Positions 1 through 9,277 of a stretch of DNA of 64,000 bases are shown here, piece after piece; within the stretch, counting starts at the first letter, position 1, and each line of letters begins with the position of its first letter. Source of the stretch: Candidatus Bathyarchaeota archaeon. GTDB taxonomy: Archaea > Thermoproteota > Bathyarchaeia > Bathyarchaeales > Bathycorpusculaceae. Under the pieces are notes generated by a model. The model saw nothing but the letters and a program-made list of their open reading frames with translations. It made no database searches and was not told the DNA's origin. Made by a program: the position numbers and the translations under genes. The stretch is taken from contig CAWFFH010000003.1 in assembly GCA_963815095.1 (NCBI GenBank), positions 608,001 through 672,000 of the forward strand. Direction: 5' to 3'.

Positions 1-2093
1 TTGAAATAAAACAGGTAGCCACCTGCATGACCTTCAATAGGGCTCATCGTTCTCGTAAAGCCGCTGTAAACGACAAACCAATTCCAAAAATTTGAGCCGA
101 AACTAATGAACATGTAACCCAGCCAAGGAGCCAAAAGCAACAGTCCAACGCCCCAAAAAACTGAAAACCGCTTCGCAAACAGGAACCTGATGCTTTTCTT
201 TGTTACTATGAGGTAACTGAAAAGTATTAAGGGAATCAGCAAAGCCTCAACTTGCTTTGTTAACAAAGCTAATCCGAAAAACAAACCACTTAAAATGACA
301 TATCGGCTAGTTTTTTTTGTTTTCTCGCTTAAAATAAAAAAGTAAAAACTAGCCGCGATAAAAAAGACAAAGGAAACATCGGTCATGGCATGCCTGGCAA
401 ACGTATAAAATAAAGTAAATGTTCCCAAAATTAATGCAGATGCAAACCCAACATAACGATTGTAGAGTTTCTTGCCCAAAAAGTAGATTAGAAACAGCGT
501 TAAAGTAGCAAAAATGGGGCTCCAAAACCTTGTGACAAAGTTGCTAACTCCGAAGGCTTGGTATCCAAGAGATATCAACCACATGTATAATGGTGGCTTA
601 CCTATCCAAACCGCTAAGCTTCCAAAAGCGTAAGGTGTCACATAGTCTCCACTCTTAATCATGTGAAATGCCCACTGCGAATAAGTTTGCTCGTCGGCAG
701 CCCAAAGCGGTCCACTACCAAGATTAAGGAAGAATATTGTGGAGAAAACCAGAATGGCTAAAATACAAAGAGCGTCGGTGTGTGCTGAAAACCAAGATAT
801 TTTTTGGAGAGGGATGTTGATGTTCTGAGGGTTCTTTTTAGCCTGTTTATTTGAATAAGCCAACCGTAGTATTATGAAAAGAACCAAGCCCGCAACGACG
901 ATTGCGATGGCGTCAAAGGCAATTGTCGTCCAAGCTATAGAATTGTTTGAAGGCATGCTTTCCGGGGCTGATTCAGTTAGTGTAAAGGCATAGATGTGGT
1001 TATCGCTTGAGCCTATATAGAGGGTGTTATTTACAACGGCTGGCGAAGAATCCACAAAATTTTCTGTTGCGTAACTCCATTGTTTTGCCCCTGTAGAAGC
1101 ATTGAAACAATAGATACTATAATCTTCGGATCCCACATACACATTGCCAGCTACAACTGCAGGCGAAGACCGAACCCAATACCCTGTTGGAGTCTGCCAA
1201 ATTTTGGCGCCATTGGAAGCATTAAAACAATAAACGTTGTTGTCCTCGGAGCCAACATAAACGCATCCATAAGCCACGGCTGGTGAGGAGTCCACGCAAT
1301 CTTGCGTTTGATACCGCCAAATTAAATTGCCAGTAGAAGCATTTAAACCGCAAACGTAACCATCGTAAGAACCGACGTAAACATACCCATTGTAAACACC
1401 GGGTGAAGAAATAACACTGCCAGTATGATGGCTCCATAATTTCTCACCTGTTGAAGCATTTATAGCATAGACACAAAAATCGTCCGTAGAAACAAACACG
1501 ACACCATCTGAAACAGCCGGCGAGGAATCCACACGCATGGAAGTTGGAAGAACCCAAACTAAATTACCGTTTGAAGCGTTAAAACAATAAACTCCTTGCG
1601 TCCCAGAACCCACATAAACGCATCCACCCACAACGGCAGGTGAAGACTGAATTGGTCCTCCAACCACCGATACCCAAACTGTCTTGCCAGTAATAACGTT
1701 AATGCAGTAGAGGTTGCCGTCGTTTGAGCCAACGTAGACATTCCCATTATAGATAGAAGGCGAGGAATCCACTACATTTCCAGTTTGGTAGTACCATAGC
1801 AGTTCGCCGTTTGAGGAGTTAAAGCAGTAAATGGCATAATCGTCAGAGCCCACGATAACGCGATCGTTGGATACTGCTGGAGAAGAAAAAATGGGTGCCA
1901 TCGTAGTGAAATTCCATGATAACTTCATTGAATTTGTTGAGCCACTGACTGTTGTATAGCCGCTGTGGTTAGGGTCGTAGTGAAATGTTGGCCAGTCGTC
2001 GGTGCCGGTAGCGGAAGCTTCGGATATAGCGTAGAATTCAGTTGGAATGAGGAAAATAAGTAGGATGATTAGCATCCATTTGAGTTTAGTCAT
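1..2093 (-). CDS. PQQ-like/BamB-type beta-propeller fused to ArnT/PMT-like (GT-C) glycosyltransferase; runs off the left edge
   Basis: Not in the ORF track because it has no stop inside the window. Manual translation from ATG 2093: signal peptide MTKLKWMLIILLIFLIP, DWPTFHYDPNHSG, about 8 repeats of 'SSPAV..g.VYVGS.D..vYcfNAstG...W', a TM helix, then LWAADEQTY...GKPPLYMWL...RFWSPIF...ARHAMTD...GLALLTK (ArnT/GT39-83 motifs). Confidence 0.85.
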   Translation of the reverse strand, partial: MTKLKWMLIILLIFLIPTEFYAISEASATGTDDWPTFHYDPNHSGYTTVSGSTNSMKLSWNFTTMAPIFSSPAVSNDRVIVGSDDYAIYCFNSSNGELLWYYQTGNVVDSSPSIYNGNVYVGSNDGNLYCINVITGKTVWVSVVGGPIQSSPAVVGGCVYVGSGTQGVYCFNASNGNLVWVLPTSMRVDSSPAVSDGVVFVSTDDFCVYAINASTGEKLWSHHTGSVISSPGVYNGYVYVGSYDGYVCGLNASTGNLIWRYQTQDCVDSSPAVAYGCVYVGSEDNNVYCFNASNGAKIWQTPTGYWVRSSPAVVAGNVYVGSEDYSIYCFNASTGAKQWSYATENFVDSSPAVVNNTLYIGSSDNHIYAFTLTESAPESMPSNNSIAWTTIAFDAIAIVVAGLVLFIILRLAYSNKQAKKNPQNINIPLQKISWFSAHTDALCILAILVFSTIFFLNLGSGPLWAADEQTYSQWAFHMIKSGDYVTPYAFGSLAVWIGKPPLYMWLISLGYQAFGVSNFVTRFWSPIFATLTLFLIYFLGKKLYNRYVGFASALILGTFTLFYTFARHAMTDVSFVFFIAASFYFFILSEKTKKTSRYVILSGLFFGLALLTKQVEALLIPLILFSYLIVTKKSIRFLFAKRFSVFWGVGLLLLAPWLGYMFISFGSNFWNWFVVYSGFTRTMSPIEGHAGGYLFYF

Positions 2094-2197
2094 TGCTATC
2101 CTAGCAAACATCAATTTTGATTTATAGTGTATATTAAACTATTCAACTTCGAGAGCCAACTGTCTTGGAATCCAAGTTTTGCTGATGGATAAAAAAA

Positions 2198-4378
2198 TTA
2201 GGGAGAGTTAATGACTCTTGTGTTATAAGTTTGCAGGTACGCTTTGTGAGCCGCGTCGTAAGGGTAACTTTCGGTTGTCGGATAAGGGAAGCTGGTCATT
2301 GCTTGGAACGGCAGCGGGCTCACCGTAAACGGCATATACGAGAGACCATTCCCCTTAAACCAGCAGTTGGCAACTAAGAAGTAGTCCCGAACCATGCCCG
2401 ATGGAATAGGTGTGTTGTCAACTGGGAACTGTAGGGCAACTGAGTCGCCTTCCCTTCCAATGACAAATTTGTCATCAGCTAACTGCATAAGCGGCAAAGC
2501 ATCGCCGTAACTGGTGAAGGCACCCGAAGAGTTTGAGTTTGTGGGAAATTCTTGCTGAAGGTTTGCGTATGTTGGATAAATGTCGCGAATATTTGTTCCC
2601 TGTTGGGATGTTGTGTCAACGCCGATGTAATCAAAGCGGATATCTTGGTAAGTGTTAATTCTCAACTCATAATTGTTAGTTGGAAACAGCCCTGTCAAAT
2701 TCACAACAAACGTTTGATCCGTAACATCAGGCAACGGGAATTGACGGTTGTCAGGTACTCTTATCCAGCTTCCGTTGGCGGCTTTAACTTCCATAAAAGG
2801 CGGCGGCGAAGGTGTCTGTCCAGGTTGATTGGCGTACTTCATAAAGTTGGTTCCGCCTGCGGCGGTCGTGGGCCAAACAATTTTAGCATCAACGACAAGT
2901 TTTATTTCTTTAGCTGCAGATAGGTCACCAAGATTAAGGGTTATATTGTTCCATTGCCATCTGGTTCCAGTCGCATAGTTACCGTCAACTTTTGATATAA
3001 TTGGAAGAACGTTTTGTCCTGAACCGTTAACTGCCGAAACCGGCGATGAAGGGTTTTTGTTCACCGTATAAATGGTTCCCTGATTGGAGAGATGGTAGAT
3101 GAAGGTGCTGGTTGTTGAGAACACATTGGTATTTGCGGGGTGATCAACGGCTACGAGTTTGGCTGAATCGATGTAGAATATTTCGTCGCCCATTTCGGTT
3201 ATTTTCATCTTATAAAAGCCATTTTGGGCTTTGAGCATTGAAGAGTCCAGTTTTATGTAGTCTGTTGGGTAATTGTAGGAGAAAACCATTGTCCCATCGG
3301 TTTGGAAGTGGTCTAAATATCCAAGCCACCCTGCCCCGTCAGAAACCTCAGCTGTATAACCATAATCGGTTCCGTTCCAAACAAATAGTGACGGGCAGGA
3401 GCCTGTTGGCGAAACTATTCGGACATAGTTCACGATTGCATATGTCTCTTTTTGGACATCCAAGGTTCGGGTGGTTGAGGCTGTTCCATCATTCCAACCG
3501 GCAAAACCAAAAGGAACTACTCCCCAACCGCCAATTTGAATTTTTTCAGGGTCTGGAAAAACGATGGTATGGGATCCAACCTCAACCAACTCTGAGAAAG
3601 GCGTGGTTTTAGTTTCCCCATCTAAGGTGAAAGTAAAGCCGACTCGAGTCGCAATAACATGTAAGGTATGTTTGCCTGCTTCCACTATCTTTAAGGTGCC
3701 TCCTTGTCCTCCCGCGGTCACTCTGTAGCTTCCTGTTGCGCTTTCCGATATTGTGGCTAACACGGTTTGGAAAGCATGAGGTGCAAGGTCCACTTGAACT
3801 CTCGAATATGGTGCCCCGTTCACGTTAAAAGGCAAAGCAAATGAGACAGCATCGGATGCTGTGTTTTGCACGTCGATTGTAACGTTGACTTCTTGGTTAG
3901 GCCAGGCTTCAGTAGGGGCTAAGAATAAATTAGAAAACTTAAGTGATTCAGGTAAAGCTGCAGGTTGGGCTAAAACTGTAAATACCGTACTTTGATCGGC
4001 AATTGTCACGTTATAAGTGCCGATGATGGATTCGGTGAAGTTAAATTTGACTTGCTGGGTTTGGTTAACTTCTAATGTTACAGCTTTTGTTTCGGTGACT
4101 GTATCGTTAATGTTCAAATTAATCGTGTAGGTACCCTGCACGGTTCCTATGTTCGCCACTGAAACCGCAACATCGACAGGTTGACCGATACTCGTTTCAA
4201 AAGGGTTTACAGTTAAATTACCCACTTGGAAAGGAGAGGAAACTTGGGTTGTGGGGAAAAAGTTGGCTCCATAAGTTTCAACATAATAGAAAGCGCTAAC
4301 TTCCATCATAGCGCCAAGAATTAAAACGCAAAGTAAAATTACGCGTGACTTGTTGAGTGCAGTGCGGGATTTTATCAT
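2198..4378 (-). CDS. Secreted/surface protein with two CARDB/Ig-like domains and a large C-terminal 'GSCP' domain
   Basis: 726-aa ORF with N-terminal hydrophobic signal, Ig-like repeats (VSVANIGTVQGTYTINLNIND; IDVQNTAS...FNVNG) and C-terminal motifs GSCPSLFVWNG...PLPFQAMTSFPY...YNTR. Confidence 0.7.
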   Translation of the reverse strand: MIKSRTALNKSRVILLCVLILGAMMEVSAFYYVETYGANFFPTTQVSSPFQVGNLTVNPFETSIGQPVDVAVSVANIGTVQGTYTINLNINDTVTETKAVTLEVNQTQQVKFNFTESIIGTYNVTIADQSTVFTVLAQPAALPESLKFSNLFLAPTEAWPNQEVNVTIDVQNTASDAVSFALPFNVNGAPYSRVQVDLAPHAFQTVLATISESATGSYRVTAGGQGGTLKIVEAGKHTLHVIATRVGFTFTLDGETKTTPFSELVEVGSHTIVFPDPEKIQIGGWGVVPFGFAGWNDGTASTTRTLDVQKETYAIVNYVRIVSPTGSCPSLFVWNGTDYGYTAEVSDGAGWLGYLDHFQTDGTMVFSYNYPTDYIKLDSSMLKAQNGFYKMKITEMGDEIFYIDSAKLVAVDHPANTNVFSTTSTFIYHLSNQGTIYTVNKNPSSPVSAVNGSGQNVLPIISKVDGNYATGTRWQWNNITLNLGDLSAAKEIKLVVDAKIVWPTTAAGGTNFMKYANQPGQTPSPPPFMEVKAANGSWIRVPDNRQFPLPDVTDQTFVVNLTGLFPTNNYELRINTYQDIRFDYIGVDTTSQQGTNIRDIYPTYANLQQEFPTNSNSSGAFTSYGDALPLMQLADDKFVIGREGDSVALQFPVDNTPIPSGMVRDYFLVANCWFKGNGLSYMPFTVSPLPFQAMTSFPYPTTESYPYDAAHKAYLQTYNTRVINSP

Positions 4379-4577
4379 GCTGCCAACTCTCGGTTTTGCG
4401 TGACTATGTTGCCATGCGTATTTATCTTTATTCCTAAACTATTCGTCCTAACTCAAAAAATCTGAAAACCAAATTTGATTTCAAAACATAAAGCATGCTA
4501 TAGTGTGGTTTATGCAAAATCTTATTTAATCCTCATTCAAATAAGGATACTAAATTTTCTCTTAAAGGAGTTATAGA

Positions 4578-5882
4578 ATGTCCAAGCCAAAAGAATACTC
4601 ATGGATGACAAAAGACAAACTAATGCTCTACACTTTTATCGCCTTAGCTATCCTTGCTGGTGTTTCTGCAATTTCTTTTTGGCCAACAGGCATTGTCATC
4701 TCCGTTATTTCGGTGGCGGTTGCTGTTGCCATTGACTTTGGGCTGTCAAAGGTGATGAAAGAAAAAGGCTGCCAAAACACGATGTCCGCCGCTGTTTTTG
4801 GCTTGATTATTGCACTCTCATACTCTTTGGGATTGCCTACAAAAAACACTGTTGAAATCCTGCCTCTTTCAGCTCCTGAAGCCTACTATTTTGTAGCCGC
4901 AATATCCGCATTGGGAATGATTCTTTTAAAGAAAGGACAAAACCTTCTGGGCAGAAAATACGTAAATCCTGCTGCAGCAGCAAAACTTTTGGTTCTTCTG
5001 CCCTTTCTAAACTCCATATTAATTGCCAAAGACCACGCAATTACAAGCTTTAACAATGCAGGCTTGCCTCCCTTAACCAGCTCCATCGGCTACACCGGTC
5101 CAGGCTCATTCTTTTTCTGGATAAACTCTTGTCTGGGCAATTCCTCAGTGAAAACACCTGATGCGTCAGGCGCTTTCTCCATCTTTTTGATCCAGAAATT
5201 TCACGGATGGACAGGCGGTGCTTCGGCTTTAGCCGTTATTTTGGTTGGGGTTGCCTTGTTTGTTGTCTGCCGTAAATACATAAAGTGGCGTATAAGTGCT
5301 GCTTATTTAGGAACTGTTACATTAATGTCGGTTTTGATGTGGGCAGTTTACGGTGGCGATCCACTGCTCAGGTTAGGGTTTGAACTGTTCATAGGAAGCT
5401 CAATTTTCCTGGCGTTTTTCATGATTACTGATCCAGCTACCACACCTTTAACCTATACTGGACAGGCAATATTCGGATTGGGTGTGGGTGTACTTACCGT
5501 GCTTTTTCAGACTTACATGAACTTCCTTGGAGGCTCAATCCTTGCACTTGTCATATTGAACCTAACGACACCATTGTTGGACAACATCGGATTACCTAAA
5601 CCTATTGAAGAGAAGAAAAAGCATGTGCTTCCAAAAGCCAATCAATTTGATAAGGTAACAACTACAGAATGCATCAGATGCGGGGAGTGCATGGTTGCGT
5701 GTTGCCACAACTTAAGCCCGATACTGATCAAAGAGTCATATGATAAAAACAACACCAAAAAACTAACAAAACTTAAAGCCGACCTTTGCGATGGCTGCGG
5801 AAACTGCAGCTACGTCTGCCCAGCAAGAATTGATCTGAGAACCACTATACTGCGAGCAAAAGCGTCGCTACATCAAACATAA
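4578..5882 (+). CDS. RnfD/NqrB-family membrane protein fused to an RnfC-type 2[4Fe-4S] domain
   Basis: Multi-TM protein with NPAAAAK and AFFMITDPATTP (RnfD-like), plus C-terminal CIRCGECMVACC and CDGCGNCSYVCPARIDL (RnfC-like ferredoxin motifs). Confidence 0.8.
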   Translation: MSKPKEYSWMTKDKLMLYTFIALAILAGVSAISFWPTGIVISVISVAVAVAIDFGLSKVMKEKGCQNTMSAAVFGLIIALSYSLGLPTKNTVEILPLSAPEAYYFVAAISALGMILLKKGQNLLGRKYVNPAAAAKLLVLLPFLNSILIAKDHAITSFNNAGLPPLTSSIGYTGPGSFFFWINSCLGNSSVKTPDASGAFSIFLIQKFHGWTGGASALAVILVGVALFVVCRKYIKWRISAAYLGTVTLMSVLMWAVYGGDPLLRLGFELFIGSSIFLAFFMITDPATTPLTYTGQAIFGLGVGVLTVLFQTYMNFLGGSILALVILNLTTPLLDNIGLPKPIEEKKKHVLPKANQFDKVTTTECIRCGECMVACCHNLSPILIKESYDKNNTKKLTKLKADLCDGCGNCSYVCPARIDLRTTILRAKASLHQT

Positions 5883-6033
5883 GGATCGAGGGCTATTTGA
5901 TAAAAGGATTAACTTTGGGTCGAACACCGGAATAAAGGACGTAGCAACCCAACACTTTACCTAAATGGCGCTATTTGTTTTTTCATCGTAGAATCTATTG
6001 CTGATCAAAAAATATTGAAAAAGGCTGGTTTTT

Positions 6034-6717
6034 TTATTCTCTACTTGAGAGAACTATAATGTAGTCAGCTGTGTCAGCGCACATGTCTGCTGCTTGTTCG
6101 ATGAACTCGATTAAGTCATCAAAGATAACCATTGCTCCGCAATTGATGCTTTCGCCGTATTTGACGAATAGGCTTTTTGCTTTTAGGTATTCAACGTCAA
6201 TTGCGTGTTCGATGTCGCCTACTGCTTCTGCTTCTTTTATGGCCTCGTTGGGGTTGGATGAGATTTTCTCGATGCTGCCTCTTAGGGTTTGAGCGGTTTC
6301 TACGAGTTTTCCTGTCATGAAAACAGTTTTTTGAGTTAACTCTTGTGGAATGTCAGTTTCAGCAAGCATTTCAAGGCATCTAGCTGCATCTTTAGTGTGG
6401 TCTGCCAATGTATCTAAGCGTTTAACAAGGTGAAGCAAGTCTTCACGGTAATCAGCAACCAATGCTGCACCTTTTGATAGCTCCATAAAAACGTCTGTCC
6501 GAAGAGCATCTACTTCCTCTTCTGCAGTGTACAAGTTTTCAATGTATTTTTTGGATTCCTTAAAATTTTTCTCGGAAAAGGCTTTCGTTGCTTTATGTAA
6601 CCATGTTACGGTGTCAAAAGCCTTCGTTATTTGTTCGTGAGCTAGTTCTAGGCCTCTGGTTTTGCGGCGTTGCTCAAACCAATCGTAACTTTTTTTCTCC
6701 AATAACACCAACTCCAA
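6034..6717 (-). CDS. DUF47 / PhoU-like phosphate transport regulator
   Basis: EEEVDALR...REDLLHLVKRLDTLAD...EHAID...IEQAADMCADTAD helical bundle pattern. Confidence 0.85.
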   Translation of the reverse strand: MELVLLEKKSYDWFEQRRKTRGLELAHEQITKAFDTVTWLHKATKAFSEKNFKESKKYIENLYTAEEEVDALRTDVFMELSKGAALVADYREDLLHLVKRLDTLADHTKDAARCLEMLAETDIPQELTQKTVFMTGKLVETAQTLRGSIEKISSNPNEAIKEAEAVGDIEHAIDVEYLKAKSLFVKYGESINCGAMVIFDDLIEFIEQAADMCADTADYIIVLSSRE

Positions 6718-7089
6718 TTATTAACAATAATTCAGGTTTGCAGATATAACCCTTCTCTTAAACAGGATTTTCACGTGTTTTCTTAACATTCATATATTCC
6801 CGCCAAAGAGATGTTTTTTAGGTTAAGCAAACATCAATTGCCAAAAGCCAATCCAAAAGATCAGCTTTTTCTGCTTTCACCTGCTTTTTTCCATTTGTTT
6901 TTTGTTTCAACTTTTTCCATCAAACAACTAATTTTGCCATATGGGGTGAATACCATAACTCTTCGAGATTTACTTGCTCCCTTATTCGCATTTTGCAAGG
7001 CACCGCATGCATAAAGAACATTTCTCGCTCAGCCCTATTTAGAATACCCAAAATATTCTATTGAGAACACTTTAGACTATATTGACATA

Positions 7090-8007
7090 TTAGTCTTCTA
7101 AAACAACCCTTGCCAATGCAACCTTATCGTCTAAATTCTTCATCACAGTGTTCGTTACTTTCACGGTTAGCCCAAGCGCCTCAATTCTGCCTTTTTCACC
7201 AGCATCTTTGGTATCAATGACAAAAGCATCAAGAAAATCCGAGTAAAACTGGGCAACCCCAAACGCAGAAACCTCCACCCCCGAAGCACGAAGCATCTTG
7301 TCCGCAGGACCCTTGAGGGGTAAACCCGCAACAATAGGGCTAACTCCAACGACTCGAGCATTAGTCCTTTTTAACGCCCCTCTTATTCCCTCAACTGATA
7401 GAATGGTGCCAATACTAACAATGGGGTTACTTGGACAAACAACAACAGTATTCGCATCCAAAATTGCATCCAAAACCCGTGGTGAAGGCTTCGCTGTACC
7501 TGCACCAACAAATTCGATGCTTAACACTTCATCCCTGCATTGTCTTCGAACGAAGTACTCCTCAAAATTCATTGAACCGTTTAGCGTTGTTACTTTTGTT
7601 TCAAACTTGTCGTTTGTCATGGGCAGAATCTTGACTTTGAGCCTTAAAACATCGCAAACTTCATCGGTGATTTGGGATAGCGTTGCGCCTTGCCTTAAGC
7701 GGTCCGTTCGATAAAGGTGAGTGGCTAAATCCTTATCGCCCAAGTTAAACCATGTTTCTTGGCCGTAGTTTTTTAGCATTTCGAGGCATTGAAAAGTGTC
7801 GCCTCTAACTCCCCAACCCTTCTCTTGATCAACGATGCCTGCCAATGTGTAAGTAACGATATCCACATCGGGCGAGATGTGGAGACCAAATAATTCGATG
7901 TCATCCCCGGTGTTCACGATAACCGACAGATCTTCTTCTTTAACAATTTTAGTTAAACCTACTAAGAATTTGGCTGCGCCGACTCCCCCCGCCAAAGCCA
8001 CAATCAA
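7090..8007 (-). CDS. cofD: 2-phospho-L-lactate transferase (F420 biosynthesis)
   Basis: LAGGVGAAKFL, VNTGDD...GLHISPDVD, WFNLGDKDLATHL, PSNPIVSIGTIL, KGPADKML. Confidence 0.95.
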   Translation of the reverse strand: MIVALAGGVGAAKFLVGLTKIVKEEDLSVIVNTGDDIELFGLHISPDVDIVTYTLAGIVDQEKGWGVRGDTFQCLEMLKNYGQETWFNLGDKDLATHLYRTDRLRQGATLSQITDEVCDVLRLKVKILPMTNDKFETKVTTLNGSMNFEEYFVRRQCRDEVLSIEFVGAGTAKPSPRVLDAILDANTVVVCPSNPIVSIGTILSVEGIRGALKRTNARVVGVSPIVAGLPLKGPADKMLRASGVEVSAFGVAQFYSDFLDAFVIDTKDAGEKGRIEALGLTVKVTNTVMKNLDDKVALARVVLED

Positions 8008-8027
8008 AACATTCTCACCGAAATGAG

Positions 8028-8495
8028 CTATTCATGATGTCCGTCTTTCTCTGAAACCCAGTACTCAGACGACGCACCCTTCTTGTCGGTTATGCTTTCT
8101 TTCTTAAAAACGGGCGCTTCACTCTTGTAACGCTCAACAGCTTCACGGAGCACAGGAAAAACATCGGTTCGGTGGGCTCCTGCAACCGCCACATAAACCA
8201 AGTCATCGCCTACATTGAATTCTCCCAGCAAATGATGAATTTGAACGCTAACTATTCCTGGTTTTTGGGTTAATTCTTCACTTATTTTGGTGAGCACTTG
8301 GTCCGCTTTTTCTTCGTATGCCTCTACTATTAATTTCTCAACTTTTTCTTTCTCTGGCTCAAACGTTTCTCCTCGAACCACGCCAATGAATAAGCCTATT
8401 GCGCCAGCTTTATGGTAGTTGGAGTCTTTTTTGATGTTGTCAATTGCGTCTTGGGCGTTGAATGTTCCTTTTTCATGCACACCCGCGTTGGTCAA
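8028..8495 (-). CDS. moaE: Molybdopterin synthase catalytic subunit
   Basis: GAIGLFIGVVR, HHLLGEFNVGD, AHRTDVF, PVFKKE. Confidence 0.9.
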   Translation of the reverse strand: MTNAGVHEKGTFNAQDAIDNIKKDSNYHKAGAIGLFIGVVRGETFEPEKEKVEKLIVEAYEEKADQVLTKISEELTQKPGIVSVQIHHLLGEFNVGDDLVYVAVAGAHRTDVFPVLREAVERYKSEAPVFKKESITDKKGASSEYWVSEKDGHHE

Positions 8496-8588
8496 AATTT
8501 GCGTTCTCCTGTTAGAAAATACTAAAAGTTCCTGCCTAAAACTGTTTACGGTTAAAAGAATAGAAATAAGAAAATAAAGAAAGTATGT

Positions 8589-9227
8589 TTATGCTTCGGC
8601 TGCAACTGGTGCAGATGCGACTTCTACTGGTGCTTCTGGCAGTTTTGCTGGAGCAGCTAAGAGTTTGGACTTTCTAATACCGACGTGACGTAATGGCGCA
8701 ACGAGTTTTGCTTGATTGTAGATGTCTGAAGCGATTTTTCCAAGGACCATTTCTTGAACAAATTGGTCAAGTGTTAATGCAACGGCTTTTTCTTTGATTG
8801 TTTTCTCCATCATGGTGCGGATGATTTTTTCCTGAGATGTCTTTATTCTTGAAAGTGTCAGAGCTGAAACTGAAATTCTAAGTTTGTAGCCGTCTTTCGT
8901 GGTTAAGTTGAATAAGCCATCAACTTTGGTGGTTCTTCTTCTAACCAAACTGCGAAGATAATCTCGCGAGTATTCATGACCCTTGAAGAGTGTTTTGGCG
9001 GATTTTCCGTCAATCTCGTTTATCTGGAAGAACATTTTCAAGTAATGATGAGAAAAGTCACCTGTAATGTCATATAGGGTTGCTTCGACAACTCTGCCGA
9101 TCATTTGTTTTTCTTCTTGTGCAGGTATCGAACCTAACTCTATGTTACCAAAGAACGAAGGCGCAACTACCATATACCAGGATTTGCCTCGCCACTTATC
9201 GCGTACGTGTTTTGTTTTGGAAGACAA
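8589..9227 (-). CDS. rps3ae: 30S ribosomal protein S3Ae (eS1)
   Basis: DKWRGKSWY, GRVVEATLYDITGD, SRDYLRSLVRR. Confidence 0.97.
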   Translation of the reverse strand: MSSKTKHVRDKWRGKSWYMVVAPSFFGNIELGSIPAQEEKQMIGRVVEATLYDITGDFSHHYLKMFFQINEIDGKSAKTLFKGHEYSRDYLRSLVRRRTTKVDGLFNLTTKDGYKLRISVSALTLSRIKTSQEKIIRTMMEKTIKEKAVALTLDQFVQEMVLGKIASDIYNQAKLVAPLRHVGIRKSKLLAAPAKLPEAPVEVASAPVAAEA

Positions 9228-9277
9228 ATTTATTTCTCCAAACGTGCCACAACATTCTCATAGAAATATTAAAAGGT

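Noticed and set aside
1080-1747. Short ORFs listed in the track at 1080-1747 and other antisense ORFs nested in housekeeping genes
   Set aside because: They are shadows of longer, well-supported genes in another frame or on the opposite strand.
6720-7085. Short ORFs between the DUF47 gene and cofD
   Set aside because: No coherent start, RBS or motif on either strand; at most a remnant.
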